Assembly (NCBI GenBank): GCA_009859145.1 | Contig: VRVR01000042.1 | Coordinates: 62,001 to 126,000 of the forward strand | Length of the DNA stretch: 64,000 nucleotides | Reading direction: 5' to 3' | Origin: Andalucia godoyi And28 | Lineage: Eukaryota > Protista > Jakobida | Shown here: in pieces, positions 49,490 to 59,460 of the stretch | How the letters are laid out: each line of letters begins with the position of its first letter | Position numbering within the stretch: position 1 is the stretch's first letter | Translations under genes and position numbers: made by a program | Notes under the pieces: model-generated | Database searches by the model: none | What the model saw: only the letters and a program-made list of their open reading frames with translations | What the model was told of the DNA's origin: nothing

Positions 49490-51688
49490 TCAGGAAAACA
49501 TGTCCTTGTACGGCTCTTCAGAAGGTTTCTCGCTATCAGACATTCGTCGAATATCCTGTCCGTCCCTCAACATGGAAGCCCGGTCCATTTGATCCAGCAA
49601 CTGCATCCACTCCGGTACACTCGATGATGCCGCAGCAGCGGCGGAAGACGCCGAGGTCGACTCCCGCTCTGCCGTTGCATCCTGTTTTGGTGCCGATGGG
49701 GGTGCCATTCTCGGTTGAGCAGCTTGCGACGGTTGCACTGCAGAGGGGGCTGGCGTTGATGGCGTGGACGCAGCCGGTTGGGTCGATGCAGCACGCGGAG
49801 CCACTGCAGCAGGCGCCGCCGCGGGCAACGGACTAGAGGATGCAGATTCGGCATTCAGCGTGTTGTACTGTCGCAGAAGGTCATGGTCGTCGGACATGCA
49901 AGGCGGATTTCGTGCACGAGGGAAGTCTGCAACACGCTGCAGCGTAGCGGAAAAGGAGCGGAAACCTGCCATGAACGGCGATGTCGCAAGCGTGACGCCC
50001 ATCATGGACTGCAGCATGTTGTCAAACAATGTTTCCAGGAATAAAACAAATCGATCACGACCGACTTCGTCCCGAATTGCGGAAATCAATCCAAAGAGTT
50101 CTGCGTTCAATTCTTCCAAAAATGATGCATCGTCCATCTCTCGAGCTCGATTGACAAACAAGGAATATACGTTGTACAAACCACCGGTGAGAAGACCTCG
50201 CACGCGGGCTCGATTGAACCAAGAATACGCGTACACAGAAGATCCCGCAGGAGGAAAGAAATCCTCAGCAGCCTCACGAGCCGCAAGAGCAATTTGTTCA
50301 TTGGTCATCGAAGCACGATTTCCAAGAATCGTTTCACGCACTTGATTTCGCACACGTGCTAGCGGCTGGAGGTTACCTTGAACCACAGAAAACAAATCCG
50401 ACACGGTCAACGAGCCGTCAGAGATCATGTTCATCAGACCTGGGGGTAAAATGCCGGATCCCTGCAGCCCTTGCAGTACAGCGTTCATTGGGTTGACAGC
50501 GGTCATCCCAGGAACATTCAAAGGAACCCCACCAGCAGCTCCAAAACTCTGCGCAAACCCTTGCATAATTTGCTGCAACGGCAACTGTTGCATGATGCCC
50601 GTTAAGTTGGGGATCACAGCGGCAAGAGGATTCGATTGCTGCTGTTGCTGCAGATTTTGTTGCCCATGCGGCGCGGGGGGTTGCCCTTCGGCATGCATCT
50701 GCATTGATGGATTCTGAGCACCTCCAAACATCTGATTCATTGCATCCATTAGCGGGCCCTGGACAGCAGAGAGAATCGAACCCAAGTCAGACGCATTTGC
50801 ACCATTTGCCACAATTGCAGCTCCTGCTGGTATCTGGAATGCCATCATTGAAGGAGCCTGCTGCGGTTGCTGAGGCTGAGGCTGAGGATGGGGCTGAGGC
50901 GGCTGTTGCACATTGCCGCCGTGCATCGCTTCGAATGGCGAGACCGGATGTTGTGACGTAATGAACGACCCTGGGGGCAGACCAGAGTTTGCAGGTGCAG
51001 GCATTTGCGTTCCTATCCACGGCGAATTCCACACTCTGACCATTCCAGCCATCCGATACGGCAACTGATCCAGCTGGTCTTGGGTTCCATGAAGATGTAG
51101 CTGCACGCCGGTGATGGGTGGTAGCGAAATAGGTGGCAAGTTGATTGGTTGGCTCGCATTCTGCGGAGGTCCTTCGAACCTGAATCGAACCTGAGCAGAC
51201 GGTTGTTGTTGTTGTTGTTGTTGTTGTTGTTGCTGCTGCTGCTGCTGTTGTGTTGGATGAGACTGCTGCTGCTGCTGCTGCTGCTGCTGCGGCTGAACAG
51301 GTCTGACATTCACGTTCACATTCAGTGCTGCAACAGGGCGTGCCGACTGGGCAACATTTCCGAGACTGGAAGATGCTGCAGGCGCAGGTGCAGGTGTGGG
51401 CGCGGGTGCGGACGATGATGGCGCAGAAGAAGACGAAGAGCCCGGCTTCGAGGTATCGGCGCGAACAACAAGATGCACCACCTTGCCATCCGAAAGGCTG
51501 GGATACGACGAAATAGGCTCATCGTCCTGGAGCACCTTTCCCTGGAAAATAAGACGCTGCGACTCGATGGGAACTCCTGATGGACCAGCAATCAGACGCT
51601 TCAGCTCCGCAACACGCATTGCCGATGCGACCTTCTGGTCGAACGTACGACCATCAATGAGTTTCAGCTTGATGGAAAACTCGGACAT
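49490..51688 (-). CDS. Ubiquitin-like domain protein, BAG6-like
   Basis: N-terminal UBL (IKLKLIDGRTF...SQRLIFQGKVLQD...GKVVHLV), polyQ/Pro tracts, C-terminal VPEW...D...PY resembling the BAG6 end. Confidence 0.75.
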   Translation of the reverse strand: MSEFSIKLKLIDGRTFDQKVASAMRVAELKRLIAGPSGVPIESQRLIFQGKVLQDDEPISSYPSLSDGKVVHLVVRADTSKPGSSSSSAPSSSAPAPTPAPAPAASSSLGNVAQSARPVAALNVNVNVRPVQPQQQQQQQQQSHPTQQQQQQQQQQQQQQQQPSAQVRFRFEGPPQNASQPINLPPISLPPITGVQLHLHGTQDQLDQLPYRMAGMVRVWNSPWIGTQMPAPANSGLPPGSFITSQHPVSPFEAMHGGNVQQPPQPHPQPQPQQPQQAPSMMAFQIPAGAAIVANGANASDLGSILSAVQGPLMDAMNQMFGGAQNPSMQMHAEGQPPAPHGQQNLQQQQQSNPLAAVIPNLTGIMQQLPLQQIMQGFAQSFGAAGGVPLNVPGMTAVNPMNAVLQGLQGSGILPPGLMNMISDGSLTVSDLFSVVQGNLQPLARVRNQVRETILGNRASMTNEQIALAAREAAEDFFPPAGSSVYAYSWFNRARVRGLLTGGLYNVYSLFVNRAREMDDASFLEELNAELFGLISAIRDEVGRDRFVLFLETLFDNMLQSMMGVTLATSPFMAGFRSFSATLQRVADFPRARNPPCMSDDHDLLRQYNTLNAESASSSPLPAAAPAAVAPRAASTQPAASTPSTPAPSAVQPSQAAQPRMAPPSAPKQDATAERESTSASSAAAAASSSVPEWMQLLDQMDRASMLRDGQDIRRMSDSEKPSEEPYKDMFS

Positions 51689-52172
51689 GTCCAGCTTCAA
51701 TCGCGCACTATCTCTTCAGAACTCTGAGAACCTGAGACACCAGTTATAAAAAAAGAAGAAGAAGACGAAGGAGAAACAAACAGAATTAAAATAATAAAAA
51801 AAAAAGAAACTGGAAAACAACAACAAAATCCTTGGAAAGTCCAAACAGCAAAAGCATTCTTCATGACCTCATACTGTATACACCCTGCACACATGAAGAT
51901 TGAAAGGATGTGCAACGTGGGGGTTTTCCAAAGGGAAAAGAAGCTCCAGTTGATGCTTGATGCTGCAAACTGGAATTTTCACTTCAAGTGACACCATTTC
52001 GCTTGCTTCCTTGGAGACAAAAAACCAAAAACAAACGCACCTCTGATAAGCATTCAAAAGTGTCCAATATGCTCATCTCGTTGTCGTTTAATTTATTTTT
52101 ATTTTTATTGCATTTATTTTTCTACAAACTCATTATCAGTGTCCTTATTGGTACTGTTTTTGTCACCATCCC

Positions 52173-52204
<32 letters not shown>

Positions 52205-52425
52205 GTAATATTAATATTCGCCAGCAAAGCCATTGTGGAACGCTTTCTGCAGTGTTTCCTGTCGACGTCTGTGCTGCACCGTCATTCTTTTTTCTTGCTT
52301 TCCCCTTTCGATCACTGAACAGAAATTGATACATTCGCCAAACGAGAAGGCAGTCAAATCTGGACCGGAATAGGCACCAGGCACCGGAATTACAGAATAG
52401 GAAAGGAGAAAGAAAAACAGCAAGA

Positions 52426-52893
52426 ATGTCACAGTTTCGTAATATTTCAGATCTCGTGGATCCGTCGCAGCTTTCGTGTCTGAATTGCAAACAGCAGCCG
52501 ACATCGTCGACGCTTTCTTGTGTGTCGGATGTTGATGAGCAATTGCTATTACATGTACCTTTTCAACAGTTCGTCAAAGTCCATTCGTTTGTTTTCTCTG
52601 GAAATGCTCGAACAGTGCAAGTGTGGGTGAATAAGATGAATATGGGTTTTGAGGATGTCGACCGAGACCCCCCGTCGCAGGAGTTCTTGCTGTCAGGAAA
52701 GTCAAACGAAGAGGTTCTCAGCGTCTTTGTTCGGTTCCAAAAAGTGAGTTCTCTGACATTCTTCTTCAAGGATAATATAGATGACTCAGAAGTCACCAAA
52801 GTGGACAGAATCATCATCAAAGGAACACCGGTTGACACGACAAGCATGAAAGACTTCAACAAACAGCAACCGAAAGCACCGGGACAGGAATAG
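52426..52893 (+). CDS. Stand-alone PITH-domain protein
   Basis: SDVDEQLLLHVPF, V.V.S, NMGFEDV, VRFQKVSSLTFFF.DN..D.EVT.VD.I...G.PV.TT.M.DF. Confidence 0.9.
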   Translation: MSQFRNISDLVDPSQLSCLNCKQQPTSSTLSCVSDVDEQLLLHVPFQQFVKVHSFVFSGNARTVQVWVNKMNMGFEDVDRDPPSQEFLLSGKSNEEVLSVFVRFQKVSSLTFFFKDNIDDSEVTKVDRIIIKGTPVDTTSMKDFNKQQPKAPGQE

Positions 52894-53723
52894 CCAGCAG
52901 AAATCTCTCTCTCTCTCTCTCGTTTTCCGCCCCGGCCACCGTCTGTTTCATTCAGTGTTCATGCATCAAAAAGATAAAGAATTATTTCAACCCCCCAAAC
53001 CAACAACAACAATAATAATAATAAATGCAAATGAAAGTGAACAGCAATTTTGCAGCTTTATACCTTTCCTCCCTCCCTCCCTCCGGTGGCATGGGCGTTT
53101 CTCTGCAGAGCACTGGTGTTCTCCTGTGAAACCAAGCGCGGTGAATCTCAGCACGCACAGCGAAGGAAAAAAGGCCTCTTTCCATGTCGAGCATCCTTCG
53201 CCCTTCTCGTCAGAGATGAGTGAGCTGGACTGCGAGCTGCGTGATCCCAGGCTGGAAAAAGTGTGCTGCGGAATGCGGGGGTCGGCGGACACACAGGCAA
53301 GGAAGAAAAATAAGACAACGACCGTCGACGTCTGTCGAGCGACATCACATGCGACAATGTTTTTGTTTGTTGCACAAGAAAAAATAATGCTTGATGCTAG
53401 CAATGCAGGAGCCTGAATGGAAACAGCTGTAATGGATTCCTAGATTGACCGTTATTTTCGTATCCCCAGATTCCCTCTCACGGTCTCACTCCAGTTTCTG
53501 CTGGTTTCACCAATTCCATTAGCAATTTTTTTGCACAGTGCGTTGAACATTGACCCCATTCTTCGTATCGTGAACATTCACCAACCGACGTTTTGCGTGA
53601 TTGTGTTTGATATTGTGCGTGTGTGTGTGTGTGTGTGTGTTTCGCTCCATTCCTGTTTCTTTATTTTTTCGAATATTCGCTTGGAGAAGAAGCAAAGCAA
53701 AAAAGGAGCAAAGAAGGCGGAAG

Positions 53724-55484
53724 ATGAGTGTTCTTCAGCATTCTGAAAAAGAGAACATCCTGTTTGAAGCAGATGAAGAAGTGGTGATGTTCCGAAGAGT
53801 CCGCCAGAGCAGTACGAATGTCGTTGTCAGTTCTTGTCCGTCAACAGGAAAAGATCCGTCGACTCCAGTGCAGATCCGTCCTCGTGGGGCGTTGCGGCCG
53901 CTGAACCAAATTACTCCGTCGGTCTACGATTTCATCCATACTCCGAAACGGTTTTGTTCAAAGGAGCCAAGAAGAATAATTGAAGAAGCAACATATTGGC
54001 GTTCCACATTGTCGATTCAAAGATGGTTCCGGCAGCGATTACTTGTTTTGAGCTTGTTTCAAAGTATGAAACGGTCTTTCAAGACATTCAGAAAGTCGAT
54101 CGTTTCCATGCAACGGATTTGGAAATCAAAGCTGATGGTTCGGAATCTGAGGATTCAGCGTCGCAAAGAGCTGGATTCATTCATTGCACTTGAACGTCAG
54201 CAACAACGAGAGCGCTGCGTGTCTCTCATTGCTGCTCTTTGGAGAGGCAGGGTTGCCAGGAAGGAGGCTCAGCGGCTGAAAGATTTGAAGTCAAAAATGA
54301 GGAAAATCGAGACGCTAAGGGAAAAGATCTCGAGAGCTGGAGCAGCCGCACCTCTGGTTGCACCACAGCCGTTTCCTACGTCCACTGCGACCTCTCTCCC
54401 AACCAGTTCATTCTTGAGCATCGACACTGGCAGTAGTAGCAGCGGTTCGTCGTTCAACGCCGCAGACGATCTTGCATCGAAACGCGCAGAATTAGCAAAA
54501 CTTCGCGAGAAGAGGCTCATGCTTCGAGCGATGCGTTCTGGAGATGGCGGATCCGCGTTTTCTGCGTATCAGCCTGCATCTTCTTCAGCCTCCTCCTCCA
54601 CCTCCTCTTCATTGCCGTCCTATTCGAGCATCTCAGACATAGCGGTTTCGTTTGGGTCTGCCTCTGACTGTACCAATGCGTCTCCTGCTTCCTTCCATGA
54701 TGACCTTTCTGCCAGCTCTTCGTCCTGTCTCGTCACAGCGGCTCCTGCTGTTCTGATGCCTGCGTACAGAACCGGTGCTTCGTTGCTTACCTCTGGTGCA
54801 TCGCCGTCTCGAACCTTTGGAGGTGTGCGCATTGTGTTCATGAAGGATTCTTCCAACGGATTGCTGTCTCCGGTGTCATCTCAAGAAACAAGTTTGACCC
54901 CACTCGCAAATGCACTCTCACTTCATCAAACCCCGATGTTTGCAGTAGCCCAAGCTCCTGAAATGGAAAACGGATCGTTCGGGGACGATCCCATTCTTGC
55001 GTCATCACCGACACACGGCGCAAGTCCCATGGATCTCGATCCGCTTGAAGTCCCAGCACTGTCAAGCTCTGATGCAGTGTATGGTTCTTCGAAGAAGCGT
55101 TCGAAAAGCAGTGGCAGAAGAGTTCGATTCAACGACAAGGAACTTGAACAAGTGCAGTTGTACTCGTTATATACAGATCCGACCGTTGCTGGCTACGAAG
55201 GATCCAAATTGTCCACTCCGAGCAAGAAGAGTTTGAAGCTGGTGGAGCGGAAGGACGTCGCAAGTGTTCCGAGAGCGATTTTGCGCCATCTTTCGCAGAG
55301 CGACCACGACATGCTGTCACTTGCAAACACGATCCATAACAAGAAGTTGATCGCTATCGAAGCGGATCACGTGGCGTTTGGAGTTCCAGACAAGGACGAC
55401 GAGCTACGATTTCTCCGAAACACGTTCCAGAGAAGGAGATCGCTTGTCGGCGAAATCCTCGATCACATAGAGGACTTTTGGTGA
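53724..55484 (+). CDS. IQ-motif-containing low-complexity protein
   Basis: IQRWFRQ, MQRIWKSK, IAALWRGRVARK IQ-like motifs; Ser-rich middle; KEN and RVRF motifs. Confidence 0.7.
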   Translation: MSVLQHSEKENILFEADEEVVMFRRVRQSSTNVVVSSCPSTGKDPSTPVQIRPRGALRPLNQITPSVYDFIHTPKRFCSKEPRRIIEEATYWRSTLSIQRWFRQRLLVLSLFQSMKRSFKTFRKSIVSMQRIWKSKLMVRNLRIQRRKELDSFIALERQQQRERCVSLIAALWRGRVARKEAQRLKDLKSKMRKIETLREKISRAGAAAPLVAPQPFPTSTATSLPTSSFLSIDTGSSSSGSSFNAADDLASKRAELAKLREKRLMLRAMRSGDGGSAFSAYQPASSSASSSTSSSLPSYSSISDIAVSFGSASDCTNASPASFHDDLSASSSSCLVTAAPAVLMPAYRTGASLLTSGASPSRTFGGVRIVFMKDSSNGLLSPVSSQETSLTPLANALSLHQTPMFAVAQAPEMENGSFGDDPILASSPTHGASPMDLDPLEVPALSSSDAVYGSSKKRSKSSGRRVRFNDKELEQVQLYSLYTDPTVAGYEGSKLSTPSKKSLKLVERKDVASVPRAILRHLSQSDHDMLSLANTIHNKKLIAIEADHVAFGVPDKDDELRFLRNTFQRRRSLVGEILDHIEDFW

Positions 55485-55736
55485 GCGAGCATGCAGCCCA
55501 TTCTTTTTACTTTGACCCGCAAAAAACACTCATCTGTACAATACTAGCAACAAGAATAACAAAAACGAAAACAAAAAACTAACAAACAAAAAAGCAACAG
55601 CAACATTTTAGGAAAACGACTGCGTACTCCAGGAGTGAAAATGCTATCTTTTTTTAAAATCAAATGTATGTACAGCGCACACGGTGAACGATGGCTAATG
55701 AGCAGTCAGTGTTTTCTTGAAAGTACTGCCACGGAG

Positions 55737-56021
55737 TCACAAACAGTCATTTGAAATATACCGATTTCCTTCTGATAACGATCCCTTGTACATCCTGCTC
55801 GTTGTCGTAACAAACAGCTTTGGTTTTCCAATGGGCCGAGAATCAGGAAGCAAATCATCTTTGAAGATCTTTTGTGGCGTGTGCTCTCCGATTTCCTTGA
55901 AACCGTGCGGAACGGATTTGCATGCAACAAGGTTGCGACTGCCGAGTGTAATTGTGGAAATGGCTCCTACCCCTCCCATCAGCACGGGAACTGGCTTTGT
56001 GTTTTCCTTATTGTCTGTCAT
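55737..56021 (-). CDS. Small hypothetical protein (94 aa)
   Basis: ATG at 56021 after a T-rich leader; protein-like composition; flanked by AT-rich UTR-like DNA. Confidence 0.45.
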   Translation of the reverse strand: MTDNKENTKPVPVLMGGVGAISTITLGSRNLVACKSVPHGFKEIGEHTPQKIFKDDLLPDSRPIGKPKLFVTTTSRMYKGSLSEGNRYISNDCL

Positions 56022-56900
56022 TGTCACGTCGATTGGGAAAAAAGTACGATGTGAATTTTGAATTACTTCTTCCCTCATCAGAAAAAACAAATGCACAAAC
56101 AAGCAGACTATCGTCCCCCACACTGTTCTTGTCGGTTTTGATTGTGCAAAATGTGAAACTGGTTGGCAAATTCTAGCCTTCGCCGGACTTTTTCTTATTC
56201 GCATTTTTTTTTCCTGCATCGGAGAGCAGTTGGACCTCCGCATTTGTGACCGTTGTTTTTTGTTCTATTTTTTACGTACGTTTTACAATCCATTTAATAA
56301 ATATAATTATGCAGTCTTTGCAACTTCTAATTCTTTTCCACAATAAAACCTGTACGTCTTCTCTATGTTTGTTTGTTTGTTTTCTCTTTTTCTTTCGTTG
56401 TGCTTAAATATTAAATAAAATACCGTGTGTTTTATTTATTTGTTTATAATCCAACATCAAAGCAGCTGGAATAACAGCAAACAGTTCTGCAGCACTTCGT
56501 CGCAGCCGTTCTGGCAGACAACAGACTCGAACAGAAAGGGCGTTGGAAGGAGAGATCAATGATACTCACATGTTATGATGTATTTCAAATTTTGTAACTC
56601 GTAAAAATAAAACGAGAAAGCAGCAACAGACAGAGACACGGGTCGAGAAAAAATGGAGGGAAATGAGGGGGAACGAGGCTTCAACGCGGTTTACTGTAAA
56701 TCGTGTCAAGCAGCATCCACCGTCGACATTCGTCTACTATTGCGGTTTTCTTCAGACTCGTTGTGTGTGCATTGTGTTTCTCTGTCGTATATCGGTGCTC
56801 CCTGCACCAATGGCCAATCTGTCAGCTGAGTGTGTGAAGGACGACCGAACGCGAACTGCGGCTTTTTCGAACGTTCGACGCTGTACACCCACACACGCTC

Positions 56901-56924
56901 AGAGAGATAGAGAGAGAGAGAGAT

Positions 56925-57019
<95 letters not shown>
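56901..57019 (+). repeat. (GA)n microsatellite, about 120 nt
   Basis: Seen directly; ends 20 nt upstream of the CTD-phosphatase ATG. Confidence 0.97.
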
Positions 57020-57021
<2 letters not shown>

Positions 57022-57038
57022 ATTTAGACATTCGCATA

Positions 57039-57944
57039 ATGTTTGATTTGCTATCATATTTGATTTCAGTAGTTGCGATTTTTGCTTCGAGACTTTCGAT
57101 TCTTCGACGCATTTTTGGAATTGGGCATTCGTCGAATGACATTCCGTTTGCACTCCACAAACACTCTCTTGTTCCGCCGACCGATACCGCAGCCGTCAGT
57201 CACCATTCCCCTTCTCACTCCGGTTCCCGTTCGCGCTTTCATGAAGGTCGAGACTCGGATCGATCGATGTCTACGCTTGGTCCTTTTGCATCTTCCTTTC
57301 TGCAACCCGATGAACCAGAGTGTCATCTGATCAGCAGCCTTCCTCCTCCACCCTCTCTTATCAAGTCCATTTCTCTCAATGCTGCTGCATGCGATTCACC
57401 AAAAAAGATTCTCTTTCTTGACCTTGATGAAACACTCATTCACTCTTCTATCAATCCCGAGAGTTCCACGAAGGCGCACTATAAGTTTACTGTCACGCTG
57501 GATGGGACATTATGCGATTTTTACGTGTTTGAAAGGCCGTTTGTGGACGCGTTTCTGCAGCAATTAAGCTTTTGGTATGAATTGTGGATCTTTACAGCCT
57601 CGCTTCCGGAATATGCCAACCCCGTGATTGATCGACTCGACCGAAAAAGACTGATTTCCAAGAGATTGTTTCGACAGCAGTGCACTCTACGTGGCGAAAC
57701 GTTCGTCAAGGACATCAAATTGTACACGCCGAGGCGAGATCTGGACTTGTCAAGAGCTGTCCTCTTGGACAACTCGCCACACGCGGGAATGGTTTGCGAA
57801 GACAATCTGGTTCCGTGCATCTCATTCTACGGCGATTACGACGAGGAGTTGCTCGATTTGATTCCATTTTTCCATGCTTTGTGGTATGTACAGGATGTGC
57901 GATCCGTTATCCGTCTTCGCAAGCAAGTGACTTCAAGGCGTTAG
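57039..57944 (+). CDS. FCP1/SCP-family HAD phosphatase, CTDNEP1/Nem1-like
   Basis: KILFLDLDETLIHS, ERPFVDAFL, IFTAS..EYA..VID.LD, RLFRQQC, LLDNSP; hydrophobic N-terminus as in CTDNEP1/Nem1. Confidence 0.88.
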   Translation: MFDLLSYLISVVAIFASRLSILRRIFGIGHSSNDIPFALHKHSLVPPTDTAAVSHHSPSHSGSRSRFHEGRDSDRSMSTLGPFASSFLQPDEPECHLISSLPPPPSLIKSISLNAAACDSPKKILFLDLDETLIHSSINPESSTKAHYKFTVTLDGTLCDFYVFERPFVDAFLQQLSFWYELWIFTASLPEYANPVIDRLDRKRLISKRLFRQQCTLRGETFVKDIKLYTPRRDLDLSRAVLLDNSPHAGMVCEDNLVPCISFYGDYDEELLDLIPFFHALWYVQDVRSVIRLRKQVTSRR

Positions 57945-58188
57945 CAAGTCGAAATCACACCACGTCGATTCCTATGGACGTGTGTATGTACCATTGTGCA
58001 CTGGCTTTCCGCTTTCCCCCTGTGTTTCCCCCGCATCGTGAATAACAAGCAGCGTGCAACGATCGGCGCTCTCGTTTCTATCCTCTAGACAATACACCCA
58101 ATACTCGAACATGCACACAGCCACTCAGCAGAACTTGCACACACAAAAAGGGACCAGGTTGCTGTTGATCATCATTTATTTACAGAGA

Positions 58189-58524
58189 TTATCCCCAATA
58201 GGTGCGTTGGACAACGTTGTGTTCATCGACAACGACGTTCAGTCGTTCTGGACGGTGGTCCATTGTTCCGATGTTGTGGGTCGGCGTGAAGACTCGGTGC
58301 GAGTGCGGCAGAGACTCCTTTTTGAAGTGCTTCACATGGTCAAAAGTCATTGACGACAGTTCGCTTTCCGAAACCAGCTTCTTCCCAACGAGCGAGTCAG
58401 CATCAAAAGAAGGCTCTGGCTGTCCAGACCCGCCGATCTTCACTCGCTGAATACCTCCGAAACCACCGGGCAACATGTACGCAACAGACAGAGCAACCAG
58501 TAAAAGCCCAATGAAGTAACGCAT
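58189..58524 (-). CDS. Secreted protease-inhibitor-like protein (I78/potato-inhibitor-I-like)
   Basis: Signal peptide MRYFIGLLLVALSVA; C-terminal TMDHRPERLNVVVDEHNVVQRTYWG. Confidence 0.75.
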   Translation of the reverse strand: MRYFIGLLLVALSVAYMLPGGFGGIQRVKIGGSGQPEPSFDADSLVGKKLVSESELSSMTFDHVKHFKKESLPHSHRVFTPTHNIGTMDHRPERLNVVVDEHNVVQRTYWG

Positions 58525-58925
58525 AAATAAGCGGATTCGATTGATTCGCAGAAGAATAAGTTCCCAAAAGACGATTCCCTTTTCTTTTCGCAGTAGCCGT
58601 GCTTCTTTTTTGGCTTTCAGATTCGAAAAATAATAATAATATATATAATAAATATATAATTTAAAAAATAAAATTAAAAAACAATTCTGAAAGAAGAAAG
58701 AAGAAAGAAAGGAGGAGAGCTTTGTGGAGTTGCCGACTGCTGAGGAACGACAAAGAGGAAAATGGTCGACATCATTGCCAACTGCGATTGAAGTCGACCA
58801 CGCTCCAAAGTGAGCAAGCTGACCACATTTCCCCAAAGGCCAAAAAATGGGTCAGTTTCATCTCGAAGTATCACTTGACGTCCCACTTCCCCCTCCCTTC
58901 GTAGCGCCACACAATAAAGCAGAAG

Positions 58926-59245
58926 CTTGCGAGCCTGTATTGTACACCAGCCGTGGCGAATCATTGCTAACCAATCCATGCTGAGTCATGCATCCTGAAC
59001 CGAATGCGAATTCAATTCAGAAGGGGATGCGGCCCCAATGTGTCGCAGCGTTCTTCAGATAGATATTACACGCATCTTTCCAATCTCTCGATCCAGATGC
59101 GGCCGGACATGACGATCCCTGACCCCCGCCTGACCCACGAACCCCGTGATTTCCCAGACGTGGCGCAGACGACTCGCAGCGAGTCGTTAAATAAAATGTG
59201 TCCCCCGTGACGTCCATGAATCACGCAAACCTGGCATCGAGACTC
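58926..59245 (-). mobile_element. Degenerate Fanzor2/TnpB-like relic D
   Basis: Minus strand: GGGQG..SCPA / LDR / DWKDACNIYLKNAA, then ttggggccgcatccccttctgaattgaattcgcattcggttcaggatgcatgact...gtgtacaatacaggctcgcaag, close to relic A. Confidence 0.8.
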
Positions 59246-59460
59246 GCCGTCGTTGACAACGGGACTATTTGCCTGCTGTAATTTGCGTGTGCGACGGCCG
59301 TTGCAGGACTCAATCTTTCTTTTTCGTTCTTCATCATCTTTCGGTTTTCCATTGTTTCACATTTTCATTTGCTGCTGCTGTTGTTGTTGTTGTTGTTGTT
59401 GTTGTTGTCAATAGCCGCATATAGTTACACTTGGAAAAAAGCGGAATTCCGAAAAGAACA

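Noticed and set aside
52955-53416. Overlapping minus-strand ORFs between the PITH and IQ genes
   Set aside because: Three frames are equally plausible, with no motif or codon-bias support.
56400-56620. Possible small spliced Cys-rich gene on the minus strand (GTGAGT...CCAG, CCRTVCCYSSC)
   Set aside because: No convincing start codon or first exon could be assigned.
56706-57160. ORFs with poly-(SL) runs
   Set aside because: Artefacts of translating the (GA)n microsatellite.
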